Shown in pieces: positions 14,751 to 28,300 of a stretch of 64,000 nucleotides of DNA. The first letter of the stretch is position 1, and every line of letters begins with the position of its first letter. The notes beneath the pieces are model-generated. The model was not told where the DNA came from, did no database searches, and saw only the letters and a list, made by a program, of their open reading frames with translations. Source of the DNA: Eledone cirrhosa (Eukaryota); assembly GCA_964016885.1 (NCBI GenBank), contig OZ024741.1, positions 245,210,001 through 245,274,000 of the forward strand, given 5' to 3'. The position numbers and the translations under genes were made by a program.

Positions 14751-17700
14751 TTAATGGATTTTTTAAATTGATTTTTTTTAATGGATTTTTTTAATGGGTT
14801 TTTTTTAATGGATTTTTTTTTAATGGATTTTTTAAATGGATTTTTTTAATGGATTTTTTTTAATAGGTTTTTTAAATGGATTTTTTAATGGATTTTTAAT
14901 GGATTTTTAATGGATTTTTAATGGGTTTTTAATGGATTTTTTTAAATGGATTTTTTTAATGGATTTTTAATATATTTTTTTAAATTGATTTTTTTAATGG
15001 GTTTTTTTTAATGGCTTTTTTTAATGGGTTTTTTTAATGGCTTTTTTAAATGGATTTTTTAAATGGATTTTTTTAATGGATTTTTTTTAATGGGTTTTTT
15101 AAATGGATTTTTTTAATGGATTTTTAATGGATTTTTAATGGATTTTTAATGGGTTTTTAATGGATTTTTTAAATGGATTTTTTTAATGGATTTTTAATGG
15201 ATTTTTTAAATTGCTTTTTTTTAATGGATTTTTTTTAATGGATTTTTTTAAATGGATTTTTTAATGGCTTTTTTTAATGGGTTTTTTAAATGGATTTTTT
15301 ACTGGATTTTTAATGGATTTTTAATGGATTTTTAATGGATTTTTCATGGATTTTTTAATGACTTTTTTAAATGGATTTTATTAATGGATTTTTAATGGAT
15401 TTTTTTTAATGGATTTTTTTTAATGGATTTTTTTTAATTGATTTTTTTTTTTTAATGGATTTTTTTTAATGGGTTTTTTAATTGCTTTTTTAAATGGATT
15501 TTTTTAATGGATTTTTTTAATGGATTTTTTTAATGGGTTTTTTAAATGGATTTTTTTTAATGGATTTTTTTTTAATGGATTTTTTTTAATGGATTTTTTT
15601 TTAATGAATTTTTTTTAATGGGTTTTTTAAATGGATTTTTTAATGGATTTTTAATGGATTTTTAATGGGTTTTTAATGGATTTTTTTAAATGGATTTTTT
15701 TAATGGATTTTTTAATGGATTTTTTTAAATGGATTTTTTTAATGGATTTTTAATGGATTTTTTTTAATTGATTTTTTTTAATGGATTTTTTTTAATGGAT
15801 TTTTTTTTAATGGATTTTTTTAATGGGTTTTTTAAATGGATTTTTTAATGGATTTTTAATGGATTTTTAATGGATTTTTAATGGGTTTTTAATGGATTTT
15901 TTAAATGGATTTTTTTAATGGATTTTTTTTAATGGGTTTTTTAAATGGATTTTTTTAATGGATTTTTAATGGATTTTTAATGGATTTTTAATGGGTTTTT
16001 AATGGATTTTTTAAATGGATTTTTTTAATGGATTTTTAATGGATTTTTTAAATTGATTTTTTTTAATGGGTTTTTTTAAATGGATTTTTTTTAATGGATT
16101 TTTTAAATGGATTTTTTAATGGCTTTTTTAAATGGGTTTTTTAAATGGATTTTTTAATGGATTTTTAATGGATTTTTAATGGATTTTTAATGGATTTTTA
16201 ATGGATTTTTTAATGACTTTTTTAAATGGATTTTTTTAATGGATTTTTAATGGGTTTTTTTTAATGGATTTTTTTTTAATGGATTTTTTAAATGGATTTT
16301 TTTAATGGATTTTTTTTAATGGGTTTTTTAAATGGATTTTTTAATGGATTTTTAATGGATTTTTAATGGATTTTTAATGGGTTTTTAATGGATTTTTTTA
16401 AATGGATTTTTTTAATGGATTTTTAATGGATTTTTTAAATTGATTTTTTTTAATGGACTTTTTTTTAATGGATTTTTTTTTAATGGATTTTTTTAATGGG
16501 TTTTTTAAATGGATTTTTTAATGGATTTTTAATGGATTTTTAATGGTTTTTTTTAAATTGATTTTTTTAATGGGTTTTTTTTAATGGCTTTTTTTTAATG
16601 GGTTTTTTAATGGCTTTTTTTAATGGATTTTTTTAATGGATTTTTTAATGGATTTTTTTTTAATGGGTTTTTTAAATGGATTTTTTAATGGATTTTTTTA
16701 AATGGATTTTTTTAATGGATTTTTAATGGATTTTTTTAAATTGATTTTTTTTAATGGATTTTTTTTAATGGATTTTTTTTTTAATGGATTTTTTTAATGG
16801 GTTTTTTTAATGGCTTTTTTTAAATGGATTTTTTTAATGGTTTTTTTTTAATGGGTTTTTTAAATGGATTTTTTAATGGATTTTTAATTGATTTTTAATG
16901 GATTTTTAATGGGTTTTTAATGGATTTTTGAAATGGATTTTTTAATGGATTTTTTTTAATGGGTTTTTTAAATGGATTTTTTTAATGGATTTTTAATGGA
17001 TTTTTAATGGATTTTTAATGGGTTTTTAATGGATTTTTTAAATGGATTTTTTTAATGGATTTTTAATGGATTTTTTTTAATGGGTTTTTTTAAATGGATT
17101 TTTTTTAATGGATTTTTTAAATGGATTTTTTAATGGCTTTTTTTACTGGGTTTTTTAAATGGATTTTTTAATGGATTTTTAATGGATTTTTAATGCATTT
17201 TTAATGGATTTTTAATGGATTTTTTAATGACTTTTTTTAAATGGATTTTTTTAATGGATTTTTAATGGATTTTTTTCTATGGATTTTTTTTAATGGATTT
17301 TTTTTAATGGATTTTTTTTTTTTTAATGGATTTTTTTTTAATGGGTTTTTTTAATGGCTTTTTTAAATGGATTTTTTTAATGGATTTTTTTAATGGATTT
17401 TTTTAATGGATTTTTTAATGGTTTTTTTAATGGATTTTTTAATGGATTTTTAATGGATTTTTAATGGATTTTTAATGGGTTTTTAATGGATTTTTTAAAT
17501 GGATTTTTTTAATGGATTTTTAATGGATTTTTTTAATGGATTTTTTTTAATGGTTTCTTTTAATGGATTTTTTTTTAATGGATTTTTTTTAATGGGTTTT
17601 TTTTTAATGGATTTTTTTTAATGGATTTTTTTAATGGATTTTTTTAATGGATTTTTAATGGATTTTTTTTAATGGATTTTTTTAATGGATTTTTTAATGG

Positions 17701-19330
17701 ATTTTTTTATGGATTTTTTTTAATGGATTTTTTAAATGGATTTTTTTAATGGATTTTTTTAATGGTTTTTTTTAATGGATTTCTTTTTAATGGATTTTTT
17801 AAATGGATTTTTTTAATGGATTTTTTTAATGGGTTTTTTAAATGGATTTTTTAATGTATTTTTAATGGATTTTTAATGGATTTTTAATGGATTTTTTTAA
17901 ATGGATTTTTTTAATGGATTTTTAATGGATTTTTTTTAATGGATTTTTTAAATGGATTTTTTTTTTTAATGGATTTTTTTTTAATGGGTTTTTTAATGGC
18001 TTTTTTAAATGGATTTTTTTAATGGATTTTTTTAATGGGTTTTTTAAATGGATTTTTTAATGGATTTTTAATGGATTTTTAATGGATTTTTAATGGGTTT
18101 TTAATGGATTTTTTTAAATGGATTTTTTAATGGATTTTTAATGGATTTTTTTAATGGATTTTTTTTAATGGTTTTTTCTTAATGGATTTTTTTTTTAATG
18201 GATTTTTTTTAATGGGTTTTTTTTAATGGATTTTTTTAATGGATTTTTTAAATGGATTTTTTTAATGGATTTGTTTTAATGGGTTTTTTTAAATGGATTT
18301 TTTTTAATGGATTTTTCAAATGAATTTTTTTAATGGATTTTTTTAATGGGTTTTTTAAATGGATTTTTTAATGGATTTTTAATGAATTTTTAATGGGTTT
18401 TTAATGGATTTTTTGATGGATTTTTTTTAATGGATTTTTTTAATGGATTTTTAATGGATTTTTTTTAATGGATTTTTTTAATGGATTTTTTAATGGATTT
18501 TTTGATGGATTTTTTTAATGGATTTTTTTTAATGGATTTTTTAAATTGATTTTTTTTAATGGATTTTTTTAATGGGTTTTTTTTAATGGATTTTTTTTTA
18601 ATGGATTTTTTAAATGGATTTTTTTAATGGATTTTTTTTAATAGGTTTTTTAAATGGATTTTTTAATGGATTTTTAATGGATTTTTAATGGATTTTTAAT
18701 GGGTTTTTAATGGATTTTTTTAAATGGATTTTTTTAATGGATTTTTAATATATTTTTTTAAATTGATTTTTTTAATGGGTTTTTTTTAATGGCTTTTTTT
18801 AATGGGTTTTTTTAATGGCTTTTTTAAATGGATTTTTTAAATGGATTTTTTTAATGGATTTTTTTTAATGGGTTTTTTAAATGGATTTTTTTAATGGATT
18901 TTTAATGGATTTTTAATGGATTTTTAATGGGTTTTTAATGGATTTTTTAAATGGATTTTTTTAATGGATTTTTAATGGATTTTTTAAATTGCTTTTTTTT
19001 AATGGATTTTTTTTAATGGATTTTTTTAAATGGATTTTTTAATGGCTTTTTTTAATGGGTTTTTTAAATGGATTTTTTACTGGATTTTTAATGGATTTTT
19101 AATGGATTTTTAATGGATTTTTCATGGATTTTTTAATGACTTTTTTTAAATGGATTTTATTAATGGATTTTTAATGGATTTTTTTTAATGGATTTTTTTT
19201 AATGGATTTTTTTTAATTGATTTTTTTTTTTTAATGGATTTTTTTTAATGGGTTTTTTAATTGCTTTTTTAAATGGATTTTTTTAATGGATTTTTTTAAT
19301 GGATTTTTTTAATGGGTTTTTTAAATGGAT
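11780..19330. repeat. Tandem duplication, 3778-3779 bp period, two copies
   Basis: AATGAA 11825/15603, GAAATGG 13151/16930, ATTTGTTTT 14495/18273, AATAGG 14862/18640, AATATAT 14971/18749. Confidence 0.9.
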
Positions 19331-22300
19331 TTTTTAATGGATTTTTAATGGATTTTTAATGGATTTTTAATGGGTTTTTAATGGATTTTTTTTAATGGAT
19401 TTTTTTAATGGATTTTTAATGTATTTTTTTAATGGATTTTTTTTAATGGTCTCTTTTAATGGATTTTTTTTAATGGATTTTTTTTAATGGGTTTTTTTAA
19501 TGGATTTTTTTTAATGGATTTTTTAAATGGGTTTTTTTAATGGCTTTTTTAAATGGATTTTTTTAATGGTTTTTTTTTAATGGGTTTTTAATTGATTTTT
19601 AATGGATTTTTAATGGGTTTTTAATGGATTTTTGAAATGGATTTTTTAATGGATTTTTTTTAATGGGTTTTTTAAATGGATTTTTTTAATGGATTTTTAA
19701 TGGATTTTTAATGGATTTTTTAATGACTTTTTTTAAATGGATTTTTTTAATGGATTTTTAATGGATTTTTTTTAATGGATTTTTTTCAATGGATTTTTTT
19801 TAATGGATTTTTTTTTTAATGGATTTTTTTTAATGGGTTTTTTTAATGGCTTTTTTAAATGGATTTTTTTAATGGATTTTTTTAATGGATTTTTTTAATG
19901 GGTTTTTTAAATGGATTTTTTAATGGATTTTTAATGGATTTTTAATGGATTTTTAATGGATTTTTAATGGATTTTTTTAAATAGATTTTTTTAATGGATT
20001 TTTAATGGATTTTTTTAATGGATTTTTTTAATGGGTTTTTTTAATGGATTTTTTTTAATGGGTTTTTTTTTAATGGATTTTTTTTAATGGATTTTTTAAA
20101 TGGATTTTTTTAATGGATTTTTTTTAATGGGTTTTTTTAAATGGATTTTTTTTAATGGATTTTTTAAATGAATTTTTTTAATGGATTTTTTTAATGGGTT
20201 TTTTAAATGGATTTTTTAATGGATTTTTAATGGATTTTTAATGGATTTTTAATGGATTTTTTAATGGATTTTTTTAAATGGATTTTTTTAATGGATTTTT
20301 AATGCATTTTTTTTAATGGATTTTTTTAATGGATTTTTTTTTAATGGATTTTTTTTTAATGGATTTTTTTTTAATGAATTTTTTTAATGGGTTTTTTAAA
20401 TGGATTTTTTAATGGATTTTTAATGGATTTTTAATGGGTTTTTAATGGATTTTTTAATGGATTTTTTTAAATGGATTTTTTTAATGGATTTTTAATGGAT
20501 TTTTTTTAATGGATTTTTTTAATGGATTTTTTAATGCATTTTTTAATGGATTTTTTTAAATGGATTTTTTTAATGGATTTTTTAAATGGATTTTTTTAAT
20601 GTATTTTTTTAATGGTTTTTTTTTAATGGATTTTTTTTTAATGGATTTTTTAAATGGATTTTTGTAATGGATTTTTTTTAATGGGTTTTTTAAATGGATT
20701 TTTTAATGGATTTTTAATGGATTTTTAATGGATTTTTAATGGATTTTTAATGGATTTTTAATGGGTTTTTAATGGATTTTTTTAAATGGATTTTTTTAAT
20801 GGATTTTTAATGGATTTTTTTAATGGATTTTTTTAATGGGTTTTTTTAATGGATTTTTTTTTAATGGATTTTTTTTAATGGGTTTTTTTTAATGGATTTT
20901 TTTTAATGGATTTTTTAAATGGATTTTTTTAATGGATTTTTTTTAATGGATTTTTTTTAATGGATTTTTTAAATGAATTTTTTTAATGGATTTTTTTAAT
21001 GGGTTTTTTAAATGGATTTTTTAATGGATTTTTAATGGATTTTTAATGGATTTTTAATGGATTTTTTAATGGATTTTTTTAAATGGATTTTTTTAATGGA
21101 TTTTTAATGCATTTTTTTTAATGGATTTTTTTAATGGATTTTTTTTTTAATGGATTTTTTTTTAATGGATTTTTTTTTAATGAATTTTTTTTAATGGGTT
21201 GTTTAAATGGATTTTTTAATGGATTTTTAATGGATTTTTAATGGGTTTTTAATGGATTTTTTAATGGATTTTTTTAAATGGATTTTTTTAATGGATTTTT
21301 AATGGATTTTTTTTAATGGATTTTTTTAATGGATTTTTTAATGGATTTTTTAATGGATTTTTTTTAATGGATTTTTTTAATGGATTTTTTAAATGGATTT
21401 TTTTAATGGATTTTTTTAATGGTTTTTTTTTAATGGATTTTTTTTTAATGGATTTTTTAAATGGATTTTTTTAATGGATTTTTTTAAATGGGTTTTTTAA
21501 ATGGATTTTTTAATGGATTTTTAATGGATTTTTAATGGATTTTTAATGGGTTTTTAATGGATTTTTTTAAATGGATTTTTTTAATGGATTTTTAATGGAT
21601 TTTTTTAAATTGATTTTTTTTAATGGATTTTTTTTTTAATGGATTTTTTTTTAATGGATTTTTTTTTAATGGATTTTTTTAATGGGTTTTTTAAATGGAT
21701 TTTTTAATGGATTTTTAATGGATTTATAATGGGTTTTTTTAAATTGATTTTTTTAATGGTTTTTTTTAATGGCTTTTTTTAAATGGGTTTTTTTAATGGC
21801 TTTTTTAAATGGATTTTTTTAATGGATTTTTTAATGGATTTTTTTTAATGGGTTTTTTAAATGGATTTTTTAATGGATTTTTTTAAATGGATTTTTTTAA
21901 TGGATTTTTAATGGATTTTTATAAATTGATTTTTTTTAATGGATTTTTTTTAATGGATTTTTTTTTTAATGGATTTTTTTAATGGGTTTTTTTAATGGCT
22001 TTTTTAAATGGATTTTTTTAATGGTTTTTTTTTAATGGGTTTTTTAAATGGATTTTTTAATGGATTTTTAATTGATTTTTAATGGATTTTTAATGGGTTT
22101 TTAATGGATTTTTGAAATGGATTTTTTAATGGATTTTTTTTAATGGGTTTTTTAAATGGATTTTTTTAATGGATTTTTAATGGATTTTTAATGGGTTTTT
22201 AATGGATTTTTTAAATGGATTTTTTTAATGGATTTTTAATGGATTTTTTTAATGGATTTTTTTTAATGGTTTCTTTTAATGGATTTTTTTTTAATGGATT

Positions 22301-25300
22301 TTTTTTAATGGGTTTTTTTTTAATGGATTTTTTTTAATGGATTTTTTTAATGGATTTTTTTAATGGATTTTTAATGGATTTTTTTTAATGGATTTTTTTA
22401 ATGGATTTTTTAATGGATTTTTTTATGGATTTTTTTTAATGGATTTTTTTTAATGGATTTTTTAAATGGATTTTTTTAATGGGTTTTTTTAATGGATTTC
22501 TTTTTAATGGATTTTTTAAATGGATTTTTTTAATGGATTTTTTTAATGGGTTTTTTAAATGGATTTTTTAATGTATTTTTAATGGATTTTTAATGGATTT
22601 TTAATGGGTTTTTAATGGATTTTTTTTAATGGATTTTTTTAATGGATTTTTAATGGATTTTTTTAATGGATTTTTTTAATGGGTTTTTTTTAATGGATTT
22701 TTTTTTAATGGATTTTTTTAATGGGTTTTTTAAATGGATTTTTTACTGGATTTTTAATGGATTTTTAATGGGTTTTTAATGGATTTTTTTTAAATTGATT
22801 TTTTTAATGGGTTTTTTTTAATGGCTTTTTTTTAATGGGTTTTTTAAATGGATTTTTTTAATGGATTTTTTTTAATGGGTTTTTTAAATGGATTTTTTAA
22901 TGGATTTTTAATGGATTTTTAATGGATTTTTAATGGGTTTTTAATGGGTTTTTTAAATGGATTTTTTTAATGGATTTTTTATGGATTTTTTAAATTGATT
23001 TTTTTTAATGGATTTTTTTTAATGGATTTTTTTTAATGGATTTTTTTTTTTAATGGATTTTTTTTTAATGGGTTTTTTTAATGGCTTTTTTAAATGGATT
23101 TTTTTAATGGATTTTTTTAATGGGTTTTTTAAATGGATTTTTTAATGGATTTTTAATGGATTTTTAATGGATTTTTAATGGGTTTTTAATGGATTTTTTT
23201 AATGGATTTTTTTTTTAATGGATTTTTTAAATGGATTTTTTTAATGGATTTTTTTTAATGGGTTTTTTAAATGGATTTTTTAATGGATTTTTAATGGATT
23301 TTTAATGGATTTTTAATGGGTTTTTAATGGATTTTTTTAAATGGATTTTTTTAATGGATTTATAATGGATTTTTTCAATGGATTTTTTTTAATGGGTTTT
23401 TTTAATGGATTTTTTTTTAATGGATTTTTTTTAATGGGTTTTTTTTTTAATGGATTTTTTTTAATGGATTTTTTAAATGGATTTTTTTAATGGATTTTTT
23501 TTAATGGGTTTTTTTAAATGGATTTTTTTAAATGGATTTTTTTTAATGGATTTTTTAAATGAATTTTTTTAATGGATTTTTTTAATGGGTTTTTTAAATT
23601 GATTTTTTAATGGATTTTTAATGGATTTTTAATGGGTTTTTAATGGATTTTTTAATGGATTTTTTAAATGGATTTTTTTAATGGATTTTTAATGGATTTT
23701 TTTTAATGGATTTTTTTACTGGATTTTTTAATGGATTTTTAATGGTTTTTTTTTAATGGATTTTTAAATGGATTTTTTTAATGGATTTTTTTTAATGGGT
23801 TTTTTAAATGGATTTTTTAATGGATTTTTAATGGATTTTTAATGGATTTTTAATGGGTTTTTAAAGGATTTTTTTTAATGGATTTTTTTAATGGATTTTT
23901 AATGGATTTTTTTTAATGGATTTTTTTTTAATGGATTTTTTTTTAATGGATTTTTTTTTTAATGGATTTTTTTTAATGGGTTTTTTAAATGGATTTTTTA
24001 ATGGATTTTTAATGGATTTTTAATGGGTTTTTAATGGATTTTTTTAAATGGATTTTTTTAATGGATTTTTAATGGATTTTTTTAAATTGATTTTTTTAAT
24101 GGGTTTTTTTAATGGCTTTTTTTTAATGGGTTTTTTTAATGGGTTTTTTAAATGGATTTTTTTAATGGATTTTTAATGGATTTTTAATGGATTTTTTTTT
24201 TAATGGATTTTTTTTTAATGGGTTTTTTTAATGGCTTTTTTAAATGGATTTTTTTAATGGATTTTTTTTAATGGATTTTTTTAAATGGATTTTTTTAATG
24301 GATTTTTAATGGATTTTTTTTAATTGATTTTTTTTAATGGATTTTTTTTAATGGATTTTTTTTTAATGGATTTTTTTAATGGGTTTTTTAAATGGATTTT
24401 TTAATGGATTTTTAATGGATTTTTAATGGATTTTTAATGGGTTTTTAATGGATTTTTTAAATGGATTTTTTTAATGGATTTTTTTTAATGGGTTTTTTAA
24501 ATGGATTTTTTTAATGGATTTTTAATGGATTTTTAATGGATTTTTAATGGGTTTTTAATGGATTTTTTAAATGGATTTTTTTAATGGATTTTTAATGGAT
24601 TTTTTAAATTGATTTTTTTTAATGGGTTTTTTTAAATGGATTTTTTTTAATGGATTTTTTAAATGGATTTTTTAATGGCTTTTTTAAATGGGTTTTTTAA
24701 ATGGATTTTTTAATGGATTTTTAATGGATTTTTAATGGATTTTTAATGGATTTTTAATGGATTTTTTAATGACTTTTTTAAATGGATTTTTTTAATGGAT
24801 TTTTAATGGGTTTTTTTTAATGGATTTTTTTTTAATGGATTTTTTAAATGGATTTTTTTAATGGATTTTTTTTAATGGGTTTTTTAAATGGATTTTTTAA
24901 TGGATTTTTAATGGATTTTTAATGGATTTTTAATGGGTTTTTAATGGATTTTTTTAAATGGATTTTTTTAATGGATTTTTAATGGATTTTTTAAATTGAT
25001 TTTTTTTAATGGACTTTTTTTTAATGGATTTTTTTTTAATGGATTTTTTTAATGGGTTTTTTAAATGGATTTTTTAATGGATTTTTAATGGATTTTTAAT
25101 GGGTTTTTTTAAATTGATTTTTTTAATGGGTTTTTTTTAATGGCTTTTTTTTAATGGTTTTTTTAATGGCTTTTTTAAATGGATTTTTTTAATGGATTTT
25201 TTAATGGATTTTTTTTTAATGGGTTTTTTAAATGGATTTTTTAATGGATTTTTTTAAATGGATTTTTTTAATGGATTTTTAATGGATTTTTTTAAATTGA

Positions 25301-28300
25301 TTTTTTTTAATGGATTTTTTTTAATGGATTTTTTTTTTAATGGATTTTTTTAATGGGTTTTTTTAATGGCTTTTTTTAAATGGATTTTTTTAATGGTTTT
25401 TTTTTAATGGGTTTTTTAAATGGATTTTTTAATGGATTTTTAATTGATTTTTAATGGATTTTTAATGGGTTTTTAATGGATTTTTGAAATGGATTTTTTA
25501 ATGGATTTTTTTTAATGGGTTTTTTAAATGGATTTTTTTAATGGATTTTTAATGGATTTTTAATGGATTTTTAATGGGTTTTTAATGGATTTTTTAAATG
25601 GATTTTTTTAATGGATTTTTAATGGATTTTTTTTAATGGGTTTTTTTAAATGGATTTTTTTTAATGGATTTTTTAAATGGATTTTTTAATGGCTTTTTTT
25701 ACTGGGTTTTTTAAATGGATTTTTTAATGGATTTTTAATGGATTTTTAATGCATTTTTAATGGATTTTTAATGGATTTTTTAATGACTTTTTTTAAATGG
25801 ATTTTTTTAATGGATTTTTAATGGATTTTTTTCTATGGATTTTTTTTAATGGATTTTTTTTAATGGATTTTTTTTTTTTTAATGGATTTTTTTTTAATGG
25901 GTTTTTTTAATGGCTTTTTTAAATGGATTTTTTTAATGGATTTTTTTAATGGATTTTTTTAATGGATTTTTTTAATGGATTTTTTTAATGGTTTTTTTAA
26001 TGGATTTTTTAATGGATTTTTAATGGATTTTTAATGGATTTTTAATGGGTTTTTAATGGATTTTTTAAATGGATTTTTTTAATGGATTTTTAATGGATTT
26101 TTTTAATGGATTTTTTTTAATGGTTTCTTTTAATGGATTTTTTTTTAATGGATTTTTTTTAATGGGTTTTTTTTTAATGGATTTTTTTTAATGGATTTTT
26201 TTAATGGATTTTTTTAATGGATTTTTAATGGATTTTTTTTAATGGATTTTTTTAATGGATTTTTTAATGGATTTTTTTATGGATTTTTTTTAATGGATTT
26301 TTTAAATGGATTTTTTTAATGGATTTTTTTAATGGTTTTTTTTAATGGATTTTTTTAATGGGTTTTTTAAATGGATTTTTTAATGTATTTTTAATGGATT
26401 TTTAATGGATTTTTAATGGATTTTTTTAAATGGATTTTTTTAATGGATTTTTAATGGATTTTTTTTAATGGATTTTTTAAATGGATTTTTTTTTTTAATG
26501 GATTTTTTTTTAATGGGTTTTTTAATGGCTTTTTTAAATGGATTTTTTTAATGGATTTTTTTAATGGGTTTTTTAAATGGATTTTTTAATGGATTTTTAA
26601 TGGATTTTTAATGGATTTTTAATGGGTTTTTAATGGATTTTTTTAAATGGATTTTTTAATGGATTTTTAATGGATTTTTTTAATGGATTTTTTTTAATGG
26701 TTTTTTCTTAATGGATTTTTTTTTTAATGGATTTTTTTTAATGGGTTTTTTTTAATGGATTTTTTTAATGGATTTTTTAAATGGATTTTTTTAATGGATT
26801 TGTTTTAATGGGTTTTTTTAAATGGATTTTTTTTAATGGATTTTTCAAATGAATTTTTTTAATGGATTTTTTTAATGGGTTTTTTAAATGGATTTTTTAA
26901 TGGATTTTTAATGAATTTTTAATGGGTTTTTAATGGATTTTTTGATGGATTTTTTTTAATGGATTTTTTTAATGGATTTTTAATGGATTTTTTTTAATGG
27001 ATTTTTTTAATGGATTTTTTAATGGATTTTTTGATGGATTTTTTTAATGGATTTTTTTTAATGGATTTTTTAAATTGATTTTTTTTAATGGATTTTTTTA
27101 ATGGGTTTTTTTTAATGGATTTTTTTTTAATGGATTTTTTAAATGGATTTTTTTAATGGATTTTTTTTAATAGGTTTTTTAAATGGATTTTTTAATGGAT
27201 TTTTAATGGATTTTTAATGGATTTTTAATGGGTTTTTAATGGATTTTTTTAAATGGATTTTTTTAATGGATTTTTAATATATTTTTTTAAATTGATTTTT
27301 TTAATGGGTTTTTTTTAATGGCTTTTTTTAATGGGTTTTTTTAATGGCTTTTTTAAATGGATTTTTTAAATGGATTTTTTTAATGGATTTTTTTTAATGG
27401 GTTTTTTAAATGGATTTTTTTAATGGATTTTTAATGGATTTTTAATGGATTTTTAATGGGTTTTTAATGGATTTTTTAAATGGATTTTTTTAATGGATTT
27501 TTAATGGATTTTTTAAATTGCTTTTTTTTAATGGATTTTTTTTAATGGATTTTTTTAAATGGATTTTTTAATGGCTTTTTTTAATGGGTTTTTTAAATGG
27601 ATTTTTTACTGGATTTTTAATGGATTTTTAATGGATTTTTAATGGATTTTTCATGGATTTTTTAATGACTTTTTTTAAATGGATTTTATTAATGGATTTT
27701 TAATGGATTTTTTTTAATGGATTTTTTTTAATGGATTTTTTTTAATTGATTTTTTTTTTTTAATGGATTTTTTTTAATGGGTTTTTTAATTGCTTTTTTA
27801 AATGGATTTTTTTAATGGATTTTTTTAATGGATTTTTTTAATGGGTTTTTTAAATGGATTTTTTAATGGATTTTTAATGGATTTTTAATGGATTTTTAAT
27901 GGGTTTTTAATGGATTTTTTTTAATGGATTTTTTTAATGGATTTTTAATGTATTTTTTTAATGGATTTTTTTTAATGGTCTCTTTTAATGGATTTTTTTT
28001 AATGGATTTTTTTTAATGGGTTTTTTTAATGGATTTTTTTTAATGGATTTTTTAAATGGGTTTTTTTAATGGCTTTTTTAAATGGATTTTTTTAATGGTT
28101 TTTTTTTAATGGGTTTTTAATTGATTTTTAATGGATTTTTAATGGGTTTTTAATGGATTTTTGAAATGGATTTTTTAATGGATTTTTTTTAATGGGTTTT
28201 TTAAATGGATTTTTTTAATGGATTTTTAATGGATTTTTAATGGATTTTTTAATGACTTTTTTTAAATGGATTTTTTTAATGGATTTTTAATGGATTTTTT

